From Vitrella brassicaformis CCMP3155 (Eukaryota > Protista > Chromerida): a stretch of 64,000 nt of DNA. Numbering within the stretch: the stretch's first letter is position 1; the number at the start of each line of letters is the position of its first letter. This document shows, one piece after another, positions 13,401 to 25,101 of the stretch. A program made the position numbers and the translations under genes. The DNA lies in the NCBI GenBank assembly GCA_001179505.1, contig CDMY01000291.1, positions 68,040-132,039 on the forward strand. Reading direction: 5' to 3'. Below the pieces are notes generated by a model. It worked only from the letters and a program-made list of their open reading frames with translations, did not search any database and was not told the origin of the DNA.

Positions 13401-14969
13401 TCTTGCCGAGGCAGAGGCGGACGCCCTTGGGAGCGCCCTCGATGTTGGCCATCTGGCAGAGCTTCTCGGCCGTCTGCCCAACCGCCTTGGGATTCAGACG
13501 GTCGCCGTCCAGCAATATGAAGTCGCCCATCTGATCAGTGTACAGGACAGCAAAGCACTGTGTGCGGCGTGGCGTGTGTGGCATGTGTGGGGGGGATGGG
13601 TACCTACCTTGTGTTTCTCCTCCTCGGTCAGGAAGTAAGCGCCTCGCTTCGTGAACTCCTCCTCCACCCGCTTGGCCACAGACTCGACAGCTACCACGCA
13701 CTGATCACACACACACGACACACAATGGACCGACCGCTCCTCCATCCATGTGTATTCGTTGTCGGGTGTGTCGCGTCACCTGTTCGCTGGCGCAGATCAT
13801 GCCGCAGTCGAATGTCTTGCTGAGGAGGATGGAGTTGACGGCCAGCGGGATGTCGGCCGTCTCGTCGATGACCGCCGGGGTGTTGCCCGCGCCACCGCCC
13901 ATCGCTGGCTTGCCTGACGAGTACGCCGCCTTGACCAACCCTCCAGCACCTACACACAAACACATAAGGAGTGTGTCTGCTTAGGACGAATGTGTGCACT
14001 CTCGTGTGTGTGTGTGTGTGTGTGTTTGTGATGATGAGGGGCAGGTACCTACCAGTGGCGACGACCATGGAGGCCCTCTTGTGCTGCATGAGCGTGTTGC
14101 ACATCTCGACAGTGGGGATGTCGATCCAACCGATGCAGTTCTCAGGCGCGCCAGCATCAACGGCCGCATCCCTAACACACAACACAACACAACACAACAA
14201 GACGATAACAAAGATGCGTTCTGTGTGTCTGTGGCCTCACGAGTGCCCCCCTCCCCCCGCACACGCACCTGACGATCTTTGCGGTGGCGATGGTGCACCG
14301 TGCGGTGCGTGGGTGCGGCGAGAAGACGATGCAGTTGCGGGTCTTGAGCGCCAGGAGTGACTTGAAGATGGTCGTCGATGTGGGGTTGGTGCAGGGCACG
14401 ATGCCCGCCAGCACACCGATGGGCTCCGCCACTACCTCGAAGCCGCCGGCCTCATCACGGTCAACCACACCACAGGTCTTGGTGTCCTTGTACCTGCAGG
14501 TATGTACCACACCACACACAAGACACACCACATCACCCACACCGAACATGACGCGGCCCGGTGCGTGTGCGTGTGTGATGCATGCCATGCCATGGGTCAC
14601 CCACTTGCTGTGGACGTATTCGGAGGCGAAGTGGTTCTTGATGGTTTTGTCCTCCAGGATGCCCATGCCGCCCTCCTCGACGGCCATCTTGGCGAGCGGC
14701 ACACGGTGCTGGGCGGCAGCAGTGGCGGCACGGTGGAAGATCTTGTCCACCTGCTCCTGGTTCAACAAACGCATCTTGTCCTGCGCAACGTACACCTGAA
14801 CAACAGTCACAGACAACACAACGACACGATAAGAGAACGGACACGTGGGGCTTTTGGTGTCTGTTGTGCGTGTGTGCTATGTGCAGCTGACCTCTTCCAT
14901 GAGGAGGTCGAGGTCTGCGGGCGTCCTGACGACGCCCACACTCTGAGAGGGCTGCACCTCTTGGGCCAT
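10461..14969 (-). CDS. adhE: Bifunctional acetaldehyde-CoA/alcohol dehydrogenase (AdhE), about 18 exons
   Basis: ALDH half: [63 protein letters not shown] (catalytic Cys). Linker: [10 protein letters not shown]. Fe-ADH half: [58 protein letters not shown]. All exons join in frame, ending ...EIGAE*. Confidence 0.97.
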
Positions 14970-15213
14970 GCTGTGCTGTCACTCAATCTCGATGATGTAC
15001 AACACTACTAAGCTACTCGGATGGGCTCTCAAACTCAAACAAGGTCAACAGCCTCTGAACAGCTGCTGCGATGCGTTCCGTGACGCCTTCCCAATGCGAG
15101 CTTAGTAGACCTGTGACCCAATTCATTGTGACTCGAGACAAGCGCGGAGAGCGTTGAGAGATTTGCATCGTGATTGTTGAAGTGCGATAGAAGTTGTCGT
15201 GTCAATTGCAGCG
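14970..15213. promoter_or_regulatory. Probable shared bidirectional promoter and 5' UTRs of adhE and pfl
   Basis: Only 244 bp separates the divergent ATGs (14969 on minus, 15214 on plus), and the interval lacks microsatellites. No specific motif was identified. Confidence 0.65.
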
Positions 15214-18200
15214 ATGCCGGCCCCTGTGATAGACGTGGAGGCGTACATCTCCCAGCAGCTGCCCACCCTGCTCTACGATGGCGACGGCAACTTCCTGGCG
15301 GGGCCAACCGACCGAACCAAAAAGGTACGCACCTACCGATGGATGGGATGGAAACCACACACACAACAGACAGTGGAAGCAGCCATCCTTTGTGGTGTGT
15401 GGGTGTGTGGTTCAGGTGTGGACTAGGTGCACGGAGTTGCTGAAGGAGGAGCTGGCCAAGGGTGGCACACTCGACGTCGACAACAAAACCATCTCATACG
15501 TACGTACCAACACGCAAGCAATACACAGACGCACACAGAGAGGGAGGGAGGGAGGTGTGTGCGCATTGGGTGTCTGTGTGTCTGTGTGTCTGTCTGTGTG
15601 TTGTGTCAGGTGAATGCGTTTGGCGCCGGGTACATCGATAGGGAGAACGAGTTGATCGTCGGTCTGCAGGCTGACGCGCCCCTCAAACGCACCTGCAAGC
15701 CACACGGCGGCATCCGCATGGTCCAGGCGTCCCTCGAGTCCGTCGGATCTAAGCTAGACCCGCTCATGGAGGAGGTCAAACAACACAGCACAACACAACA
15801 GGGGATCTGATCTGTGTGTGTGTGTGTGTGTCTGTGCAGATCTTCACCAAGCACCGCAAGACGCACAACCAGGGCGTGTTCGACGTGTACGATGACGAGG
15901 TAACCACCCAAACCACATCAAACACCCACATGGCATGCAACACAAGACCCTCATGTGTGTTGTGTCTGGGTGCATTGCCTCCCATCTGTCATTCATTCAT
16001 GTGTTGTTGTGTTTGTCTGTCCTGCAGATGCGCGCGTGTCGTTCGGCTCACATCCTGACGGGTCTGCCGGACTCGTACGGCCGCGGCCGCATCATCGGGG
16101 ACTACCGCCGCGTGGCCCTCTACGGCATCGACCTGCTCATCGAGGCCAAAAAGGCAGACAAGAAACTCATCGGACCAGAGATGTACACAACCAAAACCAA
16201 TACATCGACCATCCCTCCGTCCATCCACCTGTGCCTGTGTGTGTGTGCGTGTGTGTGTGTGTGTCAGGAATGAGGACAATTTGCGTCTGCGTGAGGAGAT
16301 CAGCGAGCAGATTTTGGCGTTCAACCAGCTCAAGGAGATGGGTATGGCGTACGGCATCGACATGTCCAAGCCGGCCCAGAACGCGCAGGAGGCCATCCAG
16401 TTCACCTACTTCGCATACCTTGGGGCCATCAAGGAGCAGGACGGCGCCGCCATGTCCCTCGGACGCATGGACTCCTTCTTCGAGACATACATCAGCAAGG
16501 ACCTCGAGAAGGGATCCATCACGGAGGAGCGAGCACAGGTCGGTGGCGGTGGGGGCTGGGCGGCACTGACTTCATGTACGTACGTACGTACGTACGTCTG
16601 TGTGTGTGGTTGTGTTGTGTGCAGGAGTTGATAGACGATTTTGTGATCAAGCTGCGTTTGGTGCGCCACCTTCGCACGCCCGCATTCGAGGACCTCTTCT
16701 CAGGTCGGTTGGTGACGCATCGCATCGATACAGACATGGCAACATACATACATACATACAGCACAGCGCATTGCATCGATGTGTCTGCCTGGGTGCATAT
16801 GTGTGTGTGTGGGTGGGTGGGTGGGTGGGTGTGCATCTGTCAGGGAATCCGACGTGGGTGACGGCGGTGATTGGCGGCATCGATGACAAGGGCACCCACC
16901 AGGTCACCAAGACCTCATTCAGGTAAGCTACACACTCACTGACAGCAATACAAACACACTGCATACGACGCACACAGCACATGCCTCTCTCTCTCTCTCT
17001 CTGTGGTGGGTGTGGTGTGTGTTGGTTGTGTTGTATGTGAAGGATTTTGAACACGCTGTACAACCTGGGCCCGGCTCCCGAGCCCAACATGACCGTCCTA
17101 TGGAGCCAGACACTCCCAAAGGTAGGCACGCGCCGTACCATACGCCTCACACCACCCTCCCACAGACACATACACGACACATGGCGTGGCATGGATGTCG
17201 TGTCTGTGTGTGCAGGGTTTCAAGGAGTACTGTGCCAAGGTTTCCATCGACACGTCATCCATCCAATACGAAAACGATGGTGGGGCGGACGGAGGGGATG
17301 CGTGGACTGGACACAAATGTGATGTGCCTGCCTCGGTGCGGTGCGGTGCGTGTGTATGTGTGTTTGTTTTCGCATTCAGACGTCATGCGTCCGGTGTACG
17401 GGGCCGACTACGCCATAGCCTGCTGTGTGAGCGGAATGACCATCGGAAAGCAGATGCAGGTAAGGTACACACACACACACACACACACACATGACAGACA
17501 GACAGACATGTATGTGCCTTACCCCTGGCTGCTTGTGTGTGTCTTTAGTTCTTCGGTGCGCGTTGCAACCTCCCCAAGCTGCTCCTCTACACACTCAACG
17601 AAGGACGGGACGAAATCTCAGGTAGCTACATCCGCACCGACCGCAGCCACCTCCCTCCCTCCCTCCCTCCCTCCCTACGCACACTCAGCCATATGTTGTG
17701 GGTGTGGCGTGCGCATTTGATTTGTGCAGGCAAGCAGGTGGGTCCGAAGTTCAAGAAGTTCAAGGACGGTCCCTTGGACTTCGCCGAGGTGCAAGCTGAG
17801 TTCGAGAAGGCCCTCGACTGGCTCATGCGGGTGTACGCCAACACCATGAACTGCATCCACTACATGCACGACAAATACTTCTACGAACGGCTCGAGATGG
17901 CCCTCCACGACAGCAATGTCCACCGCTTCATGGCCTACGGCATCGCTGGTACGTCGACCGACCAGCAGCATAGCGTCGTGTGGATGTGTGTGTGTGTGGA
18001 TCAGGCATATCTGTGATGGCTGACTCGTTGAGTGCGATCAGAGATGCCAAGGTGACGCCTGTGCGCGACGAGCGGGGCATCACGACGGACTTCAAGATAG
18101 AGGGCGAGTTCCCCAAGTACGGCAACGATGACGACAGAGTCGACGAACTCGCCAAATGGGTCACGAAAGGTACACTCACCCAGACGCCACGCACGGCACC

Positions 18201-18961
18201 AAAATGTGTTCTCGTCTGTCCACGCTCATCTGTATGTGTTGTGTATGCTATGTGTGTTAGCTGTGATCACCCGTCTGCGTCAGCACAAGACGTACCGCAA
18301 CTCTGAGCCCACCCTGTCGGTCCTCACCATCACCTCCAACGTCGTCTACGGCAAGGCCACCGGATCCACACCCGACGGACGCAAGAAGGGAGAACCGTTC
18401 GCACCGGGCGCCAACCCAAGTAGCCCAACAACACAACACAACCACACACATGGCATGGCGAGGAACCAACCATTCCATTCCATGCCTGTCGGGTGTTGTG
18501 TGGTTTAGTGCATGGCCGTGATGCGAGTGGCGCGTTGGCATCGCTCAACTCGGTGGCCAAGTTGGACTACTCCGACTGCCGTGACGGCATCAGCAACACC
18601 TTCTCGCTCGTGCCCACGGCCATCGGCAAGGACGAGACGGCCCGCAAGGAGAACCTCACGGCACTCCTCGACGGATACTTCGGGCAGATGGCACACCACC
18701 TCAACGTCAATGTCCTCAACAGAGACACGCTGCTCGATGCCGTCGAGCACCCAGAGGTGCGCCTGGGTGCATGTGGCAACCGAGGGCAGCAACACCGCTG
18801 GATTCCTCCTCTCGTATCTCTCGTATGTGTCCGTTTCTCTGTGTGTGCAGAAGTACCCGCAGCTGACGGTGCGTGTGTCGGGTTACGCCGTGCACTTCAA
18901 CCGGCTGACGCGCGACCAGCAGATGGAGGTCATCGGACGCACCTTCCACACAACCATCTGA
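15214..18961 (+). CDS. pflB: Pyruvate formate-lyase (glycyl radical enzyme), about 17 exons
   Basis: [68 protein letters not shown] (catalytic Cys-Cys), [31 protein letters not shown], and the C-terminal glycyl-radical motif [15 protein letters not shown]. All exons are in frame. Confidence 0.97.
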
Positions 18962-21234
18962 CATACCACACACACTACAGACACACCGATAGACAGACAG
19001 ATACCACACCACACGCACCTGCGCCCCGCCCGTGGATGAGTGAGTGAGTGTAACGAATTCGACCCCTGTTGATTGTCGTGGGGAACGGATTCGTTCTTTT
19101 TCCTCAAGTACGTACCCAAATGGATGAGATGGATGGATGGATGGACGCACCCACGTGTGATGTGTCGTGGTGGTGTGGGGTGTTGGCTTTTTCTTTTCGT
19201 CTGGCCGGCGAGTGGTAGCGAGTGCGAGTCAGTGCACTGGATGCAGCCTTTTACACAGCACGCACAGGCAGTGTGCACCCACGTAACACACTGCCCGTAC
19301 CCCTGATAAACCACGCGCAGCCCGTTTGTCTGTCTGCCTGCGCGTCCTCTCACCCAAATTTCTCGTGCCTGACTGTCTGTCTGTCTGGCTGGCTGTCCAT
19401 GGGCTTATCTCTCTGTGATGTGAATACACACATACATACATACCGACCGCAATTCTCCCTTCGCATCGTGCCGTGGTGTGTGTGAGTGCCATTCATTGGT
19501 TTGTGCAGGTTTAAGTGATGGCATCCGTACACATACACACACATGGATGGAGTGAGTGACGGTCGTGCGATGGACGTGCGGTGCAGAAAGGACATACGCT
19601 CGGACATTTATTCGCCTGACTGACTGACTGCCTGGCTGCCCGGCTGCCTGGCTGGCTGGCTGGCTGGCTGGCTGAGAGTCCAATCTTGACATCTTGTGTG
19701 ACCAACTGACTTTGCGAGGTAAAGAGAAGGATACCGAGAGCGAGTGGATACATGCACACCTCCCCGCTCCCGAGTGAGTGACCAGTTTTGCCATCTTGAT
19801 GCATTCTGCATGTACTCACGAAGACCGACCCGCCTGGCTGGCTGGCTGGCTGCCTGTATGCCCGTCCGTGATCGCTTGTCGTCCGGTTGATTGACCTTTT
19901 GTTGCGTCTGCGTGGAGGGATGAGAAGAGTAGTGGATGGCGAGCCCCCCAGCCGCAGCCTCAACTCGCCCGTTAGCTGCATGACATGGTGGTGGTGTTTT
20001 CAATGCCGGCCCTGTTGTGTGTGCGTGTGCGCCGCCACGACCCCTCGCCCCTCGCTCTCTCTCCCTTGGCTTGACGACCACCCCCGAGGCACGACTAGCT
20101 GGCGAATGAGCGGCGGGGACAGTGCTGGTGGGCGGCTCGGGGAGGGGAAGAGAGAGGGGGGATGAGAGGAGGACTGACTGGGCATCTTGTTAACGCTCAT
20201 GGATGGCGTCCATGCATGCATTCATACATGCGCCTGCATCCCTCCCTCCCTCCCTGTCTGTCTGCCTGCCTGTGTGACTGTCTGGATCTCGAATTAGAGT
20301 AGAGAGAGAGCCAGCCAGGTGGCAGGGAGCGAGGGAGGGAGGGAGGGAGTTGGCATTGCTGTGTGGGTGTTTGCTCCCCTCGACACACACGACTCGGAGA
20401 GAGGAGCTGCACCAGCAAGCAACGTCACTCACTCCAGGCAGGCAGGCCACAGGCCAGGCCGGCGGGCGTGGTATGCTGTGCCTTTTTAGTAGTAGCCAAA
20501 GAAACAAGAGACAGACACCAACGAGCTAGTTCTCACGTGGTTCTGTGTGTCGGACTCAAAGAGCATCAGGGTCAAACTCAAAAGGTATCACACACGCATC
20601 GTTGGTGCTGCTGTCCCGTCCGCATTTCACCCGACACACCCAATGGCCATCTGGCATTTCACTTCCAAGGCGCAAAAATGATTTACTTGCGTTGGTGCCG
20701 TCACAGACCAATGACCCACACCATGGGTAGAGTTTTGCAAAGAGTTGTGGTTGAGTGTAACAAATCCATTGTTGTCTCACCTCACCCGAGTGTCTCCCTC
20801 CCTCCCTCCCTCCCACCCACCATCGCCATCTCTCATCAACACCGACACAGCACAAGCATCTGTCTGCTCGAGGAGCGCACAGCAGGTCAAAATCTGGCCG
20901 AGCCCCCACTACTGGCCCACACGCAATCATATGTCCATTCGGCTCCTTCCTCGCCGCGGGCACAAAAACTTACCCAAGGCGAGAAAGAAAGAAACGCACG
21001 TCGCAACCGTCACAATATCATCGAGTCTCTACGTGTGTACGTCAGTGGCGCAAGTCACTCACACTTCTGTCTGTGTCACACCTCTTGCATGACACGAATA
21101 CAGACCGTGCGAAGGCTGGATAAACGCAATAAGTCATCTATTGTCTCACTTCCTTCCCTCCATGACATGACAACCACGAGCGGCACTCACTGTCTGCCCC
21201 TAATGTGCATAAAAAGCAGCACACCAACAGAAAA

Positions 21235-22165
21235 TCACCTCACCTTGAAGAAAACAACATATACAGGATACACCTGCTTCCTGCATGGAGACACAATACG
21301 CGAATGGCAAGACCGCTCCTGTCTTCGAACTTGGTGTACTGTACGCACCTGTCAAAGACGATGAACTCCTGGTGTTTCTGTTGCGCTGTCGAGCCAACAG
21401 CCACCACCGACTAAAATTCAATGTGGCTGCCGGGCTTGGTCGGCGGCTTGTGCCCATTGCAACTCCCAGTAACATAATGAGGGTCACCGATAAGCCCGCG
21501 GCACAGAAGGATGCATTTGCTGTCCCTTCCGTAATGGGCTGCCTTGCAGGATGCACCTCAGTCACGATGTGGTAGCCACCTGGATGGACGATCGATCTGT
21601 AGATGGGATAGTCGCCTTCCTCACAGGGAAGAAGAGCTGCTGCTCACGATCCTCCTCAGCTTCCTGGCCGTGGAGGGGCCTGGTGATGCGATGCTAGAAC
21701 TCCATGCCGTTGTGGTAACGCTTGTGTTCGAGCTCTGTCGGACTGCCCATGCGCTGGTTGGCGTGCTGTTCGGGCTGCCCACACCGGCACCCCGCTGAGC
21801 TGGCGGACGACATGTTCACACAGCCACACACATGGCGTGTCCTTGGTGCGCGTGTACTCTTTGCTTCACGCACCTGCAAACGAGACCTGAATGCGATCCC
21901 TGCCCGACAAGCCCCTCCGGTCGAACTGGTTGAAGTCGAGTTCAAGCTCGTAGCCCTCTGCGCTCCTCCCTTGCACCGCTGAAATCACATCGCTGAACCC
22001 GCTGTCCAGGTGCTCGGCCACGGCGCGTCGAAGATCGGCTTCCGTGCGCACGCCGGCGAGTTGCTGCGGGTCCAAGGCGAAAGGGAACTGCGTTGCCCGC
22101 GTAGGGCCGGCGAGGAAGAAGAAGTGGATCTGATGGCGTGGAGTGCTCCAAAAGAACGAAAACAT
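21235..22165 (-). pseudogene. Disabled gene containing the C-terminal half of a PARP/ADP-ribosyltransferase catalytic domain
   Basis: The minus frame reads *GASCKAAHYGRDSKCILLCRGLIGDPHYVTG...KPP...EF*SVVAVGSTAQQKHQEFIVFD, then an intron at 21281-21348, then RKQVYPVYVVFFKVR*. In-frame stops occur at 21558-21560 and 21411-21413. Upstream exon 1 (MFSFFWSTP...QVSFA) splices into the same frame. Confidence 0.6.
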
Positions 22166-22580
22166 CCCTTCCCAAAAATTTGCGAGCTCACGCGAAGAAC
22201 ACAGACATTGAGCTTGCAAGTGTGCGTCTGATTTTCACTTCACAGAAAGGCGTTCCTCGCCTCGAACTATCGCACTACCCATTCCGGTGCCCCACTCGCT
22301 CTCAGCTGTTGACCGACACCTGTGGAGCTGTAGAAGACCCAAGCGGACGAGGGGAGCGTCAGAGAGGACAACAGTGGCCCGCCTTTGTTTGTCGAATGGT
22401 CTGAGGGTTCCCTGTCTTTCCTGAAGACCCACTGGTAAGCGCCAGAGCACTCCGCATGCGTGCAGCCACCAATGTGAAGCGAGTGGTGATATTGACAGGG
22501 ATACAACGAGTCTTCGTTTCCCTGTCTGTGTTGCCATCAGGTGAATTGCTGATAGACCTCTTCGTGTATTCGTTGTCGCG

Positions 22581-25101
22581 ATGGACATGCCCAACGGGAC
22601 CTCAGGCCACCACCACACCGACGTAGACCCTGCCAAAAGCCAAGAAGTCACCCTGACGGACGAGAAGTCACCCGACCGGCCGAAGGATGCCGTCAGTGCT
22701 CCCTCGTCGACCGAGACCCCTCTCACCCGGCCCCAGTCCAACAACGGCCACGGAGAGGGCGAGCATCCTCCTGCCCTCGATGTCACAGCCGTCCAGCCAC
22801 ACGTCACATCTGACACAACGGCTGGGTTCTCCGCTGCACCCCCAGCGGCACTTACGCAGGGGTTCTCGCCCCCAGTGTCCAACTTTTCCCCGCCGCCTGT
22901 GACGGGCGGCTTCTCCGACCGGCCACCCACCCACACGGGCTTCAGCGATGCCCCTCCGGCGGGGTATGCGGGTGCGGGTGGTGTGCAGTCGGGGTTTCCG
23001 GATGCGCCGGGGGCGGGGGCGCTGGCGAGTATTGTGACGGGCGGCAAGGACTTCCGGCGAGAGCTCAACGATAGGAACGTCTTCGTCTTCCATCTCCCGC
23101 TGGAATGGAAGGAACACGACCTGCAGAGGGTCAGTTGCGGGTGGTGGGTGGGGACACGACCGAACCCAACACGACATACATATGGAGTGGTCGGCTTCTT
23201 GTGTGATGGATGGTTGTTGTCAGGAGTTTGGTGTGTATGGAAACGTGATCAGCACCAAGATCGTGTGCCGCCCCGACGGCGCGTCTCGTGGGTACGGCTT
23301 CGTGTGCTATGACAACCCGATCTCGGCGCAGCGAGCCATCAATGCCATGGACGGGCAGCCTGCGGGCCTGCAGGGGCGCAAGCTCAAGGTGTCGCTCAAG
23401 AAATCGCCCGAGGAATCAATCCAGCAGGCGGTGGGACAGACGATTCACATGGTCTCAGTGCGCGAGGGTACGCAACTCTGGTGCTATGTTGGTTGTTGTT
23501 TGCAGATGCAGGTTGGCGAGAATCGTCAGTGCAGTTTGTTTGTGTTCCACATACCGACAGAATGGACAGAGAGTGATCTAGCAACGGTAAGCAGACCCAA
23601 CGAACACATGGGACAAACAATGCTTCCATCGCTCGTCTCATCTCTTTGTGTTCAATTGGTTCATGCAGCAATTCACCCCCTACGGCCACGTGACTAGCGT
23701 CCGTGTGATGACGACCCCTGAGGGCGTGAGTCGCGGTTTTGGGTTCGTCAACTACGACAACCCCGACGCGGCGCAGCGGGCCATTCAGGGCATGAATGGA
23801 CACCTCGTCTCCAACGGCAAACGACTCAAGGTAGGTCGCAGCCTCACACCATGCCACTGACATTCACGGCTCTCTTGTGTGTTTCTGTTAGGTGTCGTTG
23901 AAGACGCAGTCGTCCGCCGTGGGTGGTGGTGGTGGTGGTTCGGTGAATGGTGGGTCGGCGAGTTCGGTTTCATCTGGTGTGATGAGTCAGTATGGCGGCG
24001 GCATGCCCATGCCCATGTACCCGCCGGCGGCCTCATCGCCCAGTCCTCAGGTGACCACGAGTCCACCCGGCTGCACCATCTTCATCTTCTACATCCCATC
24101 TGAGTGGGACGACAACACACTCAAACAAGTACGAACCCAACCAGCACGTCAGCAATGCACTCGTTGTGCCGATTCCATCCGTCCATCCATTTGTATGTGT
24201 CCGTGCGTTCGCGCTCTCTCTTTTGTCAGCATTTTTCGCACTTCGGTCGCATTGTGTCGGCGACGATTCAGAAGGACGAGGACGGGCGAGGTCGTGGGTT
24301 CGGGTTCGTGGGGTTCGACAACCCCATGAGTGCAGTGAGCGCCATACAGGGCATGAATGGATTCGCCGTCGGGGGCAACAAACGACTCAAAGTCTCAATC
24401 AAGAAAGGAGAGGAAAGGTGCGGAAATACACGCGGGCTCACAGTACGTATGCGAGACATGTCTTGTGTCTGGATGGGTGTGGTGATGGTGTTCAGGTATG
24501 CAGGGCAGCTGCCAACGGTGACGGCCAGTGGCGCCAACGCGTCTCCTCTGGGCGGATTCTCGCAGGTGCGGCCCAACAGCCTCCTTTGTGTATGCATGAA
24601 TGTCCAACCTTCCATCGACATGTACGCGTGTTTTCTGTGTTCTGTGTGAATCAGGCGTACGGTCCCAACCCCTACGCCGCTGCTGCTGCTGCCTACGGGA
24701 CGCCTGGCCAAGTAAGCATACCCCCACGTCTGCACACATACGACCCCTACACGTCTGCCTCTCTGCTGTTGCCCACTGCTGCACAGGCACCAGTGGCTGG
24801 TCAGGGAGCGGCGGGGACAGCGGCATACGCCCCCTACACCCAGTTGGCGACCGCGGCTCAGCAGCAGCAGCTCATGACGCAGGTGCCCCCAGCGGCCTTC
24901 GGGGCGCCAGATCAGTATAGCTACTCGGCTGCCCAGCTGGCACAGATGCAGCAGTATGGGCTGGGTGGGTTCCCGCAGATGGCCATGACGAACCCAGCGG
25001 CCGCACAGCAGCACGGCTATGCTCCGGCCAACTACGCGTCAGGAGGCACCCCGACAGCAGCCACAGGTCGCGCGGCCACATACCGGTATGCTCCATACTG
25101 A
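22581..25101 (+). CDS. Three-RRM RNA-binding protein, CELF/Bruno RRM3-like
   Basis: Three RRMs: NVFVFHLP...SRGYGFVCYDNPISAQRAI, SLFVFHIP...SRGFGFVNYDNPDAAQRAI and TIFIFYIP...GRGFGFVGFDNPMSAVSAIQGMNGF...KRLKVSIK. A Q/A/Y-rich tail ends RYAPY*. Confidence 0.9.

Noticed and set aside
14970-15213. Bacterial-type anaerobic regulator sites (FNR/Rex) between adhE and pfl, e.g. TTGTGACTCGAGACAA near 15126
   Set aside because: Spacing and half-sites do not fit the consensus, and a eukaryotic promoter would not be expected to use them.
10461-18961. Bacterial contamination or very recent HGT of adhE and pfl
   Set aside because: Each gene has about 17 host-style spliceosomal introns and is embedded among eukaryotic genes.
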